Source: Octopus vulgaris (lineage: Eukaryota). Taken from it: a stretch of 64,000 bases of DNA. The stretch's first letter is position 1, and each line of letters begins with the position of its first letter. Below the pieces are notes generated by a model. That model was given only the letters and a program-made list of their open reading frames with translations. It did not search any database and was not told the origin of the DNA. Position numbers and translations under genes: made by a program. Positions 1-11,850 of the stretch are shown piece after piece. The DNA lies in contig OX597816.1 in the NCBI GenBank assembly GCA_951406725.2, positions 29,884,001 to 29,948,000 of the forward strand, read 5' to 3'.

Positions 1-1152
1 TTTCTTTTCATTACATGTTTTTGGTAATTTCTGGTGGGGAGGCTTTGGTCTTGTGCTGCAATTAAAAATCCCTCTGTTTCTGCTTTGAGTCCTGAGCTTC
101 TCAACCATTGCAGGGATTTTTCTTTGTCTATTTCTTTTGCGTTTAGTTTAGTGCAGTATTTACCATGAAGGGGTTTTTCTTGCCATCGTTTTATCATGGT
201 TCGTTGCTGTTCTATTTTTAGTTTGGATTTCATTTGTTTTATAGCTTTTGTTGTTTCTTCATCATCTTCTTCTTCTTCTTTGTGTTTATTAGGTGGTATG
301 ATTTCTTGTTTGTATTTGTCAGCTTCCTTAAATACTGAGAACAGTTTTTTGTTTTGCTCGTGTTTTGCTGCTATCTGGATCAGTTTTCCTTCCTTCTGGA
401 GTAGGTATTTTTGCAGTCCTATGGTGGTTATTTTATAATAGTTTTCCAGCTGTATAAGGCCTCTACCACCTTCTATACGTTGTATATATAGTCTTTCTAT
501 GTCAGATTTTGGGTGATGCATCCTAGATCCTGTCAGTATTTTTCTTGTTTTCCTATCTATTTTGGACAGTTCATTTCGTGTCCAGTTAAGGATATTGTAG
601 CTGTAACTTATAACTGGGACAGCTAAAGTGTTGATACCTATTATCTTGTTTTTAGCATTGAGCTCTGTTTTTAGTATTGATCTAACTCGTCTATAATATT
701 CTTTTTTTATTTTCTCTTTCATTTGTGTGTGTTGTGTCTTATCTAGTTCATGGATTCCTAAGTATTTGTAAGTTTGGCTTTGGTCTAATTCTTTTATTTC
801 ATTGGTTTTATCTAGTGTGATGTTGTTACTCTTAACTAGTTTTCCTCTTTTCATGGTTACTTTGGCGCATTTTTCTAATCCAAATTTCATATCTATTTCT
901 TTGGTAAATCCATGAACTGTCTTTAATAGTGTTTCCAGCTGTTTGTCATTTGCAGTGTATAGTTTTAGGTCATCCATATATAAAAGGTGGCTGATCGTTT
1001 TGCCGTAACATTTATATCCGCATCCAGTTCTATTTAGCATATCAGATAGAGGTGACAGTGCCAAGCAGAAAAGGAGTGGAGAGAGCGTGTCTCCCTGGAA
1101 TATTCCTCTTCTAATGGGGATGTCTTTGGTTTTCATGAGTCCCTCTTTTGTT
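1..1152 (-). mobile_element. R4/Dong-clade non-LTR retrotransposon, 5'-truncated, open RT reading frame running off the window start
   Basis: Manual translation without stops: RRGIFQGDTLSPLLF...HLLYMDDLKLY...FGLEKCAK...YKYLG...HHPKSDIERLY...GGRGL...KPLHGKY...WLRSSGLKAETEGFLIAAQDQSL. The truncated 5' end abuts a (TAA)n tract. Probably missing from the ORF track because no stop lies in the window. Confidence 0.92.
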
Positions 1153-1219
1153 TATTATTATTATTATTATCATTATTATTATTATCATTATTATTATTAT
1201 TATCATTATCATTATTATC

Positions 1220-1252
<33 letters not shown>

Positions 1253-1806
1253 GAGTGAGCGAGCAGAGCATGCCATCAAAGTGACACTGGGGTAAAATAT
1301 ACGAAGCCCAGTATACCCATCATGACTACCCGTCTGATAAGGGTACACCAGGCACATGCATCACAACCATATGTGCGCGACATGGTGATCTCATATCAAG
1401 ATAAACAGCACATGACCTTGCAGGTGGAGCCCAGTTAGAATTTTCTTCAGATCGAGTAACCCATCCCGCTCAAAAGGTCCCTGAATAAGGGTTGTTTAAG
1501 GACGTTGAACGAAACACCCATGTTTCCAGAGGTGAATTATTCAAACCCCAAAGAATCCTTCTCAACACATGGCTATGATGCTCCCCCACTACTTCTACTC
1601 GTGATCAGAGATGCACATATCGTCAGCCACTAAGGGACATGCTCAACTGGTTAAGGTCAAACAACTGACAAGCAAATCTGTGGTATTGAGCAGAATATTT
1701 GCTGTAGCCCATCTTTTATACCAAGACAAAACAATGTACATGATAACACTTCCAATCAGTTAAGATCAGAAGCCATGAGAGCCACTGCCTGGTACTGCAT
1801 CAGGGC

Positions 1807-1808
<2 letters not shown>
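1253..1808 (-). mobile_element. ~555-bp non-coding interspersed element embedded in (TAA)n, copy 1
   Basis: Near-identical to 58622-59168 with the same two ends; flanked by ATT-type repeats. Strand inferred from G.U-containing hairpins and the (AAT)n tail. Confidence 0.85.
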
Positions 1809-1887
<79 letters not shown>

Positions 1888-1928
1888 CATCATTATAATT
1901 ATTATTATCATCATTATTATTATTATTA

Positions 1929-1992
<64 letters not shown>

Positions 1993-2055
1993 CATTATTA
2001 TTATCATCATCATCATCAACATCATCACAATCATCATTATCATCGTCATCATCAT
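1809..2055. repeat. (ATT)n/(ATC)n microsatellite
   Basis: Seen directly. Confidence 0.97.
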
Positions 2056-2384
2056 TTATGCAGATATTAGTGATAAATGATTGCCTAACTGCCATATTTT
2101 CTGCGTAGCAGTAGGAAGCTGAGCAACACCACTATTAACGGAAATAATGATTTGTATCAAAAACAATATAATTTGATCAATATTGCTTCGAGATTCCACC
2201 ACACAAATGGTGAATAAACATTCCCGACATTTCTTTAGATTCTTCACATTTTCTTTCTATCATGAATTTTTATTACTTATCTTTTCTTCTCTTTCTTCTC
2301 CATTGCTCATATGAAAATGAAAACAATTTCCTAACTTCTATTAATTCACAGACTCCACTAGAACGCAAATAGCATTCATTTATT

Positions 2385-2422
2385 TATATCCACACATATA
2401 TGAATATATATATATTCATACC

Positions 2423-2455
<33 letters not shown>

Positions 2456-2716
2456 CACACGCATATATATATGTATATGTATATATGTATGTGTGTATGC
2501 ATGTGTGCGTGTGTGAGTGTATGCGTACGTGTGTATGTGAGTGTCTGTGTGAGTGTGCATGTGTGTGTATGCATAGATACATATACGTATGTAAGTAATA
2601 TATCTAAAAATGTATACGATTATCTATGTATGCTTGTAAGTATGAATGTAATACTATGTATGTATATGTATATATGCATATATTTATATATGTGTGTTCA
2701 TGTGTATATATATGCA

Positions 2717-2771
<55 letters not shown>

Positions 2772-3175
2772 TGATATATATACATATATATGTATATCTG
2801 AATATATATGTATGTTTATATATATATATATATACATATATATATGTGTGTGTGTGTGCGTGTGTGTGTGTATGTGTGTGTGAGTGTGTGTATAATCTTT
2901 ATGCACACATGGACAGATAGAGAGCGGTATAGACAGACAGATAGACAGATAGACAGATAGACAGACGGGTTGGTAGATAGATTTGTATGTATGTATATAT
3001 GTGTATGCATGTATATATGAGCATATTTGTGAATACAGATATGTGGGGGGAAATGTATATAAGTATATTTAGGTATATAAGTGGATGTCTATACATAGAC
3101 ACACACTCTCTTTCACACACGTACACAAACAAAATATCACACACACACACGCACACACACACATACGCATATGGA
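2385..3175. repeat. Compound (TA)n/(TG)n/(AGAY)n microsatellite block
   Basis: Seen directly. Confidence 0.95.
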
Positions 3176-3584
3176 TTTAAATACCTCGTGGCTATTTGAA
3201 ATTCATTGCTTGTGAGAGCACTTATTGGATTAGGCTTGCCGGTAGCTTACATCCCCACTACAGAGTAGGCTACATTATCTGAAGTTAATAATGCCATGAA
3301 TCTCAAGAATCCATTTGGCTGGTGCTTAACAGCGGTTTCTCTGGCATTAAATGGATCGAATGGCTCGATTTTAACAATGCTGAATATAAGGGTTGATGAA
3401 AATTCACCTATATATGTAAAAATGATTGAGATTCATTTACACAGAGCAGCCTCTTCGACAAAGCCATCTAGTCCGCATAATTCTTCACTATAATAATGAG
3501 CGAGCTAAGCATTATAATACACACCAGGAAATCGATTCCTTTTTAACAACACCGGATTTTCGGTAAGAAAAGATGAAAGCGAAC

Positions 3585-3915
<331 letters not shown>

Positions 3916-3991
3916 ATATATATATTCATGTTTGTGTAATCTTTGAATTTATGTATGTATGCATGTAGGTATACCTGTCTTTATATATTTG

Positions 3992-4035
<44 letters not shown>

Positions 4036-4206
4036 GGTGTATGTGTGTGAATGTGTTTCTATGCATGTATGAAACTATGTATGAATGCATGCATGCCTGC
4101 ATGTATGAGTATGTACGTAGTAATGTATGAATGTGCTTACATGTATACAAATAAAAAAACGCGTACACACAGGCAACACACACATGTACGTACGCACACA
4201 GAAACA

Positions 4207-4278
<72 letters not shown>

Positions 4279-5589
4279 CACACACGCACATATGCTAACA
4301 ACACTTTCTGAGATTCCTTTCACTGCAATTTCCCATGTAAAGCAATATCACCAATACTAAAAGATCGCATTTTATGCAAATCGGGAAAACGCAACCTCGC
4401 TGAATGACACAAAAGCCATAAATGGTGAGTGTGTTTATAAGTGTATGTCACGTTCGCTTTTATCTTTTCTTCTCGAAAAGCCATTATTGTTAATTGAATT
4501 GTTAAGAAGTTCATTTCGTATCACGAGGTCACGCGATCGACCTAATTGTTTGGCATCATGGGCCACACATTTTCAATAAACCCACGTCTCCCCATACTTC
4601 GTGAATGAAATTAGGTCGACGAAAACGGTATAGAAGCCTGTCAAATGGGTTGAACCTGTAATGCAAAAGTGCAGCCTTGCCATACAGAGTGTCACGAAGT
4701 TTCTGCTTCGGAATTACATTAAGGGGACACGTGTCTTTAATACGCTCGGACGTCTACACGATAATTCAGGTGTATATAATTCAATTGATCGAATTCTCAA
4801 CGTCGATCGACAGAGATCTACTACCATAAATTCATACATACATACATACATACATACATACATACATACATACATACACACATACATACACACATACATA
4901 CATACATACATACATACATACATACATACATACATACATACATGCAAATATCATGTCCCTGAACATCATCTAGTTCGCTTCTATTCCCTTTGTACCAATG
5001 CCTAGTTTTCTCAGCTTGCTACCTAGGTCTTCGCTGAGGTTTTGTTTCACAATGTGCTGTTCCATTTTGCTGATGTTTAGTTGCTTGTTCGCCAACTTCT
5101 CTTGTGGTCACCGCCAGGACTATCGAGTAATATAAGAAACTTTGAAGTATTTAAATATTTTATAACGTCGACGAAACCAAAATGTTTCCTTCGTGATCTT
5201 GTGAAGGCGGTTGCCGATGCTGAGAAGAAACTCCATTATTTCGTTAACACAAGAATTGAAGATTAGTGGCTGTCTGTGTAAGGTCTTGAAAATATTTTGT
5301 ACTGAAGTTGTATACTATTGATTTCCCTTTTAATCCTTGGTATAGATATCTCATTAGAATTATTTCGACCTAAATTGTTACTAAATTTAAAGGGTAGTCA
5401 TGAGTCTTGACTGTACGTATGTAAACAGTGTTCTTAGCTAAGTTGACAATAGCTACTGGATTATGTTGGGTTCAGCGTAAGATTGTTTTCGTTATAACAT
5501 TTATAGTAAAATGCTATATTGATGAATATTTCTCTACGGCAAAAAAAAAGTTAACTCCATTGAAGCTGTAGGGTTCGGGTTCTCAGGCT

Positions 5590-5829
5590 TTAAATAATTT
5601 GTGAATTCACTTTCCGAGGTCCCTGTCGGCCGGGACGAGAATCTGTTGATTCTTTTCTTTGGCTTTTGAATTGCACTATAATTCTATTAACAGTGGCAAG
5701 AGGAAATTGAAGATTTTCGGCAATTTTTTGCTGGCTAAGACCAGCCTCAGATTGACCAGCTATGCGATCTCTTTGAAAATCTGATAGTTCTGCTGAATTT
5801 TTTGTGTGTGGCATGGTTACTCTCCGCAA
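5590..5829 (-). pseudogene. Tc1-family transposase N-terminal HTH fragment, copy 1
   Basis: [20 protein letters not shown]...[11 protein letters not shown]...TVNRIIVQF...RPGR matches the Tc1 paired-like HTH and GRPR-like motif; no DDE domain follows. Confidence 0.78.
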
Positions 5830-6138
5830 ATGTTTAATATAATGTCACCTGGAATGAAAAAGAATAATTACATTGTAAATTCTACACCGCTGAAAACATG
5901 TTAAAACGCTTATATCAGAAATTTTGAAAATTAAAGGTGTCTATTTACTTCCTGCATGTCTGTGTATATATTTAATTAGAGGATCCGAGGAAATACTGGT
6001 TCAATACCTAGTATTTTGGGGGAATGAAATTTCCATAAAACAATACTTGTATATATATAAAGCATCTGTGGGCTTATCAATTCATTTCAGCAGTCTGCTG
6101 AAATGAATTGACAAGCCCACATATAACACCCAAAGTTA

Positions 6139-6251
6139 CATCTTTTTTCTCTGATGAAATTATACTCAGGTCACATAAATGTAAACTTAATGTACACATT
6201 TGTAGCTAAATTATTGAGTATTAATTGAAACAGCTGTAAGAAGGAAAGATG
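6139..6251 (+). ncRNA. Type I hammerhead ribozyme (GUA site after 6238)
   Basis: Stem I CATCTTTTTTCT/AGAAGGAAAGATG; CTGATGA 6151-6157; stem II AATTATACTCA/TGAGTATTAATT; GAAA 6227-6230; palindromic stem III ACAGCTGT. Confidence 0.8.
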
Positions 6252-6804
6252 ACTAATTTGTTAATAATAATCAATTATTACATTCCTTATCTCCATTTTC
6301 TTTTTTTTTTTTCTAATATATATGTGAATGTTCAGTTTAGAAGGAAAGATCCAGAAGAACTGTTACAAGGTAGCCAGATGTCATATAAGCGTCCTAGAAA
6401 TTAGTAATCACACTTGGGTGGGAGTTAATTACGGGGAGAAGTGGTACGTGCTTTGGACAACACAAGAATTGAAGATTAGTGGCTGTCTGTGTAAGGTCTT
6501 GAAAATATTTTGTACTGAAGTTGTATACTATTGATTTCCCTTTTTAATCCTTGGTATAGATATCTCATTAGAATTATTTCGACCTAAATTGTTACTAAAT
6601 TTAAAGGGTAGTCATGAGTCTTGACTGTACGTATGTAAACAGTGTTCTTAGCTAAGTTGACAATAGCTACTGGATTATGTTGGGTTCAGCGTAAGATTGT
6701 TTTCGTTATAACATTTATAGTAAAATGCTATATTGATGAATATTTCTCTACGGCAAAAAAAAAGTTAACTCCATTGAAGCTGTAGGGTTCGGAGTTCTCA
6801 GGCT

Positions 6805-7044
6805 TTAAATAATTTGTGAATTCACTTTCCGAGGTCCCTGTCGGCCGGGACGAGAATCTGTTGATTCTTTTCTTTGGCTTTTGAATTGCACTATAATTCT
6901 ATTAACAGTGGCAAGAAGAAATTGAAGATTTTCGGCAATTTTTCGCTGGCTAAGACCAGCCTCAGATTGACCAGCTATGCGATCTCTTTGAAAATCTGAT
7001 AGTTCTGCTGAATTTTTTGTGTGTGGCATGGTTACTCTCCGCAA
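6805..7044 (-). pseudogene. Tc1-family transposase N-terminal HTH fragment, copy 2
   Basis: Duplicate of 5590-5829 with 2 amino acid changes. Confidence 0.78.
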
Positions 7045-7351
7045 ATGTTTAATATAATGTCACCTGGAATGAAAAAGAATAATTACATTGTAAATTCTAC
7101 ACCGCTGAAAACATGTTAAAACGCTTATATCAGAAATTTTGAAAATTAAAGGTGTCTATTTACTTCCTGCATGTCTGTGTATATATTTAATTAGAGGATC
7201 CGAGGAAATACTGGTTCAATACCTAGTATTTTGGGGGAATGAAATTTCCTTAAAACAATACTTGTATATATAAAGCATCTGTGGGCTTATCAATTCATTT
7301 CAGCAGTCTGCTGAAATGAATTGACAAGCCCACATATAACACCCAAAGTTA

Positions 7352-7464
7352 CATCTTTTTTCTCTGATGAAATTATACTCAGGTCACATAAATGTAAACT
7401 TAATGTACACATTTGTAGCTAAATTATTGAGTATTAATTGAAACAGCTGTAAGAAGGAAAGATG
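7352..7464 (+). ncRNA. Type I hammerhead ribozyme (GUA site after 7451), duplicate of 6139-6251
   Basis: CTGATGA 7364-7370, GAAA 7440-7443, ACAGCTGT-A, same stems. Confidence 0.8.
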
Positions 7465-7712
7465 ACTAATTTGTTAATAATAATCAATTATTACATTCCT
7501 TATCTCCATTTTCTTTTTTTTTTCTAATATATATGTGAATGTTCAGTTTAGAAGGAAAGATCCAGAAGAACTGTTACAAGGTAGCCAGATGTCATATAAG
7601 CGTCCTAGAAATTAGTAATCACACTTGGGTGGGAGTTAATTACGGGGAGAAGTGGTACGTGCTTTGGACAACATAAGAATAATGGAAAATGGAAATGAAC
7701 ACTGTTGTTTAC

Positions 7713-7799
7713 ATCCACTCTGATGAGATTGATGCATTTTTCCACATTCTTCTTCATCTCGGATTTATTGTAATGCATCCATCGAAACATGTCGGTGAT
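7713..7799 (+). ncRNA. Type I hammerhead ribozyme (GUC site after 7793)
   Basis: Stem I CACT/GGTG; CTGATGA 7720-7726; stem II GATTGATGCATT/AATGCATCCATC (11 of 12 paired); GAAA 7784-7787; palindromic stem III ACATGT then C. Confidence 0.82.
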
Positions 7800-7894
7800 A
7801 TGGTGATATAAATGATTTAAAGAACATCTTGAGCTTTTGTCTCCATTTTTCATTATTCTTATATATATATATATATATATATATAACTTATAAA

Positions 7895-8015
7895 TAAGGG
7901 CAAACGAAAAAAATTCTAATACCAAATATGCCGAAATTAGACACATTGTCCATAACCATATAATTTATCACAATAAGCACGTTACTCGAAAAAGGTCGAC
8001 AGAAATTTCTAAAAG
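7895..8015 (-). mobile_element. Decayed fragment of the repeat family seen at 48368-48801
   Basis: AGGGCAAA...CTAATACCAAATATGCCGAAATTAGACACA...AACCATATAATTTATCAC...AGAAATTTCTAAA aligns by eye to 48368-48485. Confidence 0.7.
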
Positions 8016-8389
8016 GACGGAATTTTTTTCCTGTTTCTGTCTGCCAAATCCACTCTCAAAGCTTTGGTGGGCCCGAGGTTATAGCTCTAAACACTTGCCG
8101 AAGATATCCGCGCTGGGGTTATATTCGGAGCCGTGTGATTGAGAAGCAATCTTCTTACCTCACAGTTGGCCACACCTGTACATAAATGTGATGCTGGTTG
8201 GATAAGCTGGTGTTAAAGGCTGCTTATGAAACCACCTTAGCTGTAGTAATAGATCAGTTCCCTCTTCACTTCGACATATTCAACTCATTAACATTCCATC
8301 TAATCTTTCCATTTTTTTAATCAACATTCTTCATTAAAATAAAATGTTTTGATGTTGAGATGTTACATTCTAATATCTTGAGCTGCTAA

Positions 8390-8830
8390 GGTGGCGAACC
8401 ATCAGGATCGTTAGCACGACTGGTTAAATGCTTCGTGCATTTCGTCCGTCTACGCGTTCCGAATTCAAATTCCTTCGAGGTAGAATTTGCCCTTCATCCT
8501 TTCGGAGTCGATAAAATAAGTACCAGTTGAGTACTGGGGTCAATGTAAGTGACTTAGCTCTTCCCCATACTTGCTGGCTTTGGACTAAAATTTGAAACCA
8601 ATATAATTGTAATCTAAAGGCGGCTAGCTGGCAGAATTGCTAGCACACTGGGTAAAACGCTTAGCGGAATTTCGTCTGCCTTTACGTTCCGAATTCAAAT
8701 TTTATCGAGGTAGCCTTCGCCTTTCATCCTTTGGGGATCTATAAAATAACTACCAGTCGAAGACTGGGGTCGGTGTAATCGACTTACTCCCTCCCCCGGA
8801 ATTGCTGGCCTGTACCAAAAAAATTAAAAT
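8390..8830 (+). mobile_element. Two adjacent diverged family A SINEs (Nin/Deu-like domain)
   Basis: GGCGGCGAGCTGGCAGAA-like head, GTTCAAAT-like B box, GCCTTTCATCCTTTCGGGGTCGATAAA-like domain. Confidence 0.8.
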
Positions 8831-9083
8831 CAATATATTTGCAATCTACATCATTAAAACCTATGAGGAAACAAATAAATAAAAACAGAACACACCTGAT
8901 TTGTGTAATTTTTGCATAGTATTCTAATTTTCTGATACGCCAGCTTGGGCAGCGAACTTTACTACAAACCTTGGCTGGCCGATTACTTCTGAACGAATTT
9001 GGTAGACGAAAACTGTGTGGAAGCCCATCGTATGTGTGAGTGTGAGAGTGCGAGTGTGTGCACGTATGCGTGCGTACTTTGTG

Positions 9084-9530
9084 GGATCTTTTCGGTTTGA
9101 ACGGCAGTTTTTTCTAGCGGTGTCATATGAAATTGTCACCCATAATTATGACCCTAGTATCGATCTATTGCATTTCAATCTATTTTAGGGTTAGTTAAGG
9201 TTAGTTAGGATTAGGGTTAGGGTTAGGTTTATGGGTGGGGGAATGGTATCTTTTTTTCTTCACAAATGTAAATAAACCCAATCTGTTTCTTAAACAAGGG
9301 ACATATTCATACGACACAGAATGCTTTTTAACTTAATGGACGTCAGTGATTGGTTGAAATTGAAGAAATTGAAGAAAAAAACAACAAATATCTTACAAAC
9401 TATAGAATTTTCTGAATAAAGCCAAGAGAAAAAGATGTTTTATAAACACATTCTACCAGTTTACGAAGTTTAAAATTTTTTAGTTACCTAGAAATTATGT
9501 TAAAAACTGCCGTTCAAACCGAAAAGATTC
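9084..9530 (+). mobile_element. MITE with ~29-bp TIRs and internal TTAGGG repeats, copy 1 (inside a decayed family B SINE)
   Basis: TIR GGATCTTTTCGGTTTGAACGGCAGTTTTT; 8-bp TSD ACTTTGTG. Confidence 0.93.
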
Positions 9531-10165
9531 ACTTTGTGTTAGCCCCTGCACCGTTTGATAACTGTTATTGGTTTGTTTACGTCCAGGTGACTTAGTGGTT
9601 TGGAAATAGCAACGGTTAGGATGAATAACAGGCTTGAAAAGTAAGCACAAAGACTCGATAAAATTCAATTTTATGCGTTATTTCTCCGTGATAAACCGTG
9701 ACTCTGGTGGTCGATATCAAATATCAAAAATATATTAGAGTGTGTTATTTCTGAGGCAGTTGATTGACAGATTACTTTGGATAGCGGACAATCAGCTTGG
9801 GGGAATTCAATGGTTCACATCTTACTAACGGCACTGCATGCTGACCATCACACGCAATTAAATTATTGCCTTGGACTTGCGCAGTTCGCAATTTTTGCCC
9901 CTGCAATCCTGTTCTGTCGTATGATGTAGCATTTCTGTTCGTGCTGCTTCACCAACACTGGTTCTGTGCAGTGGTAACAATGTTCGTTTGATAAGTATTC
10001 AGTATCTTACAGTGATGAAATGAATTCTTTCTGGGAGTAGACTGCATATCCAGGTAGGAAGTGGTGTTTTCTATTCATTAACCATTTAGCATTCAGGTTA
10101 CTCTGTTAAATGTTATGCTTATTGATTCACAATTTTTCTGAATTAATTGTGGAGTGTCTTCCACC

Positions 10166-10583
10166 GGATCTTTTTCGGCTTGAACGGCAGTTTTTAACAT
10201 AATTTCTAGGTAACTAAAAAATTTTAAACTTCGTATACTGGTAGAATGTGTTTATAAAACATCTCTTTCTCTTGACTTTATTGAGAAAATTCTATAGTTT
10301 GTAAGATATTTGTTCTTTTTTTTCTTCAATTTCTGCAATTTCAACCAATCAGTGACGTCCATGAAGGTAAAAAAACATTCTGTGCCGTATGAATATGTCC
10401 CTCGTTTAAGAAACAGATTGGGTTTATTTACATTTGTGAAGAAAAATAAGATACCCTTCCCCCACCCCTAACCCTAACCCTAAAATAGATTGAAATGCAA
10501 TAGATCGATACTAGGATCATAATTATGGGTGACAATTTCATATGACACCGCTAGAAAAAACTGCTGTTCAAACCGAAAAATCC
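10166..10583 (-). mobile_element. Same MITE, copy 2, opposite orientation
   Basis: TIRs; 8-bp TSD CTTCCACC; internal CCCTAA repeats. Confidence 0.93.
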
Positions 10584-11042
10584 CTTCCACCTTCAATTTG
10601 TTACTGATGTGATTGTACATTGAAGGGTAGGTGTGAGAGACCAGATCTGGCTGGTTTGAACATAAAACAGGTAGAACATTTTGGCCAAATATGGCCATGC
10701 ATCGTGGAGAGCCCTAGCCAACTCGAAAGCCTTCATCTGCAAAATCTTACGAAATCGCTCCCTGCTGACTTTAATAAAAAGTGGAAGAAAACTGCATAAT
10801 TTTGTTCTAGATGAATGTCTGGAAAAACAGTGAATGTTCGTAGTAGGAACGTCTTTGATATTTCTGTCCACACAGGACTGACCTAGGGCTACACAACAAC
10901 GCTGATTCGAAAATGTTTCTGTTTTTTACATTATATCAAATCAATAAGTTTTATTTACTTTTTTTTTATTAGATCGGATCAATGCTACGTTTCTGAATTG
11001 AATATATACCTTGTACAAACTAACCAATAGCGTTAAGCATCT

Positions 11043-11391
11043 GTTGTTGTTGGTGGTGGAGGTGGTGGTGGTGGTGGTGGTGGTGGTGGTATTACTGCTG
11101 TTGTTAGTGGTGTGGTTGTTCTAACAATTATTTTTATTATTTTTGTCGTTGCTGTTGTTGTTAATATTGTTTTTTTATTGTTATCACTGCTTTCAATGTT
11201 ATTGTTACAGTTGTTTGTTTGTTTTATTTTTGTTTTTTTTTAATTTTATTTGTGGTGCTGTAGTTGCTCGTGTTGATGTTGCGTTGTTGCTATTGTCGTT
11301 AATGTTACTGTTGTTGTCGTTACTACTACTACTACTATTGATGCTACTACTGCTACTGCTTTTGCTACTACTACCACTACTACTACTGCTG

Positions 11392-11427
<36 letters not shown>

Positions 11428-11612
11428 GTACTACTACTACTACTGCTGCTGCTGCTACTACTGCTACTACTACTACTGCTGCTGCTACTATTACTACTAC
11501 TACTACTGCTACTACTACTACTACTACCACCACCACCACTATTACTACAACCACTACTATTACTACAACCACTACTACTAATACCACCACTATTACTACC
11601 ACCACTATTACT

Positions 11613-11673
<61 letters not shown>

Positions 11674-11850
11674 TTGTTGTTTTTGTTGACGCTACTATGT
11701 CTTATCGCTACTGCTTTTTGTTATTGCTGTTGCTATTACTCTAGTTGTTGCTGTTGTTACTGTTGTCACTTTTGTTGTTGCCATTGTTACAACAGCTGCT
11801 GTTGTTATTGTTGTTGTTGCTGTTGTTATTGCATCTATTATCATTGTTGT
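11043..11850. repeat. Compound trinucleotide low-complexity block (GGT, GTT, CTA, CCA, CTG)
   Basis: Seen directly; explains the 292-aa poly-Leu ORF. Confidence 0.93.

Larger units (their letters stand above)
5246..7680. repeat. Tandem duplication, unit ~1213 bp, two copies
   Basis: 5246-6458 matches 6459-7669 with few substitutions and homopolymer differences; junction microhomology AACACAAGAAT/AACATAAGAAT. Confidence 0.95.

Noticed and set aside
1730-1808. HDV-like ribozyme, telomerase RNA or snRNA identity for the 555-bp element
   Set aside because: Could not fit P1/P1.1/catalytic C, found no CUAACCCU template, and recognised no snRNA motif.
9186-9240. TTAGGG arrays as telomere or fusion remnants
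   Set aside because: All lie inside MITE copies with TSDs.
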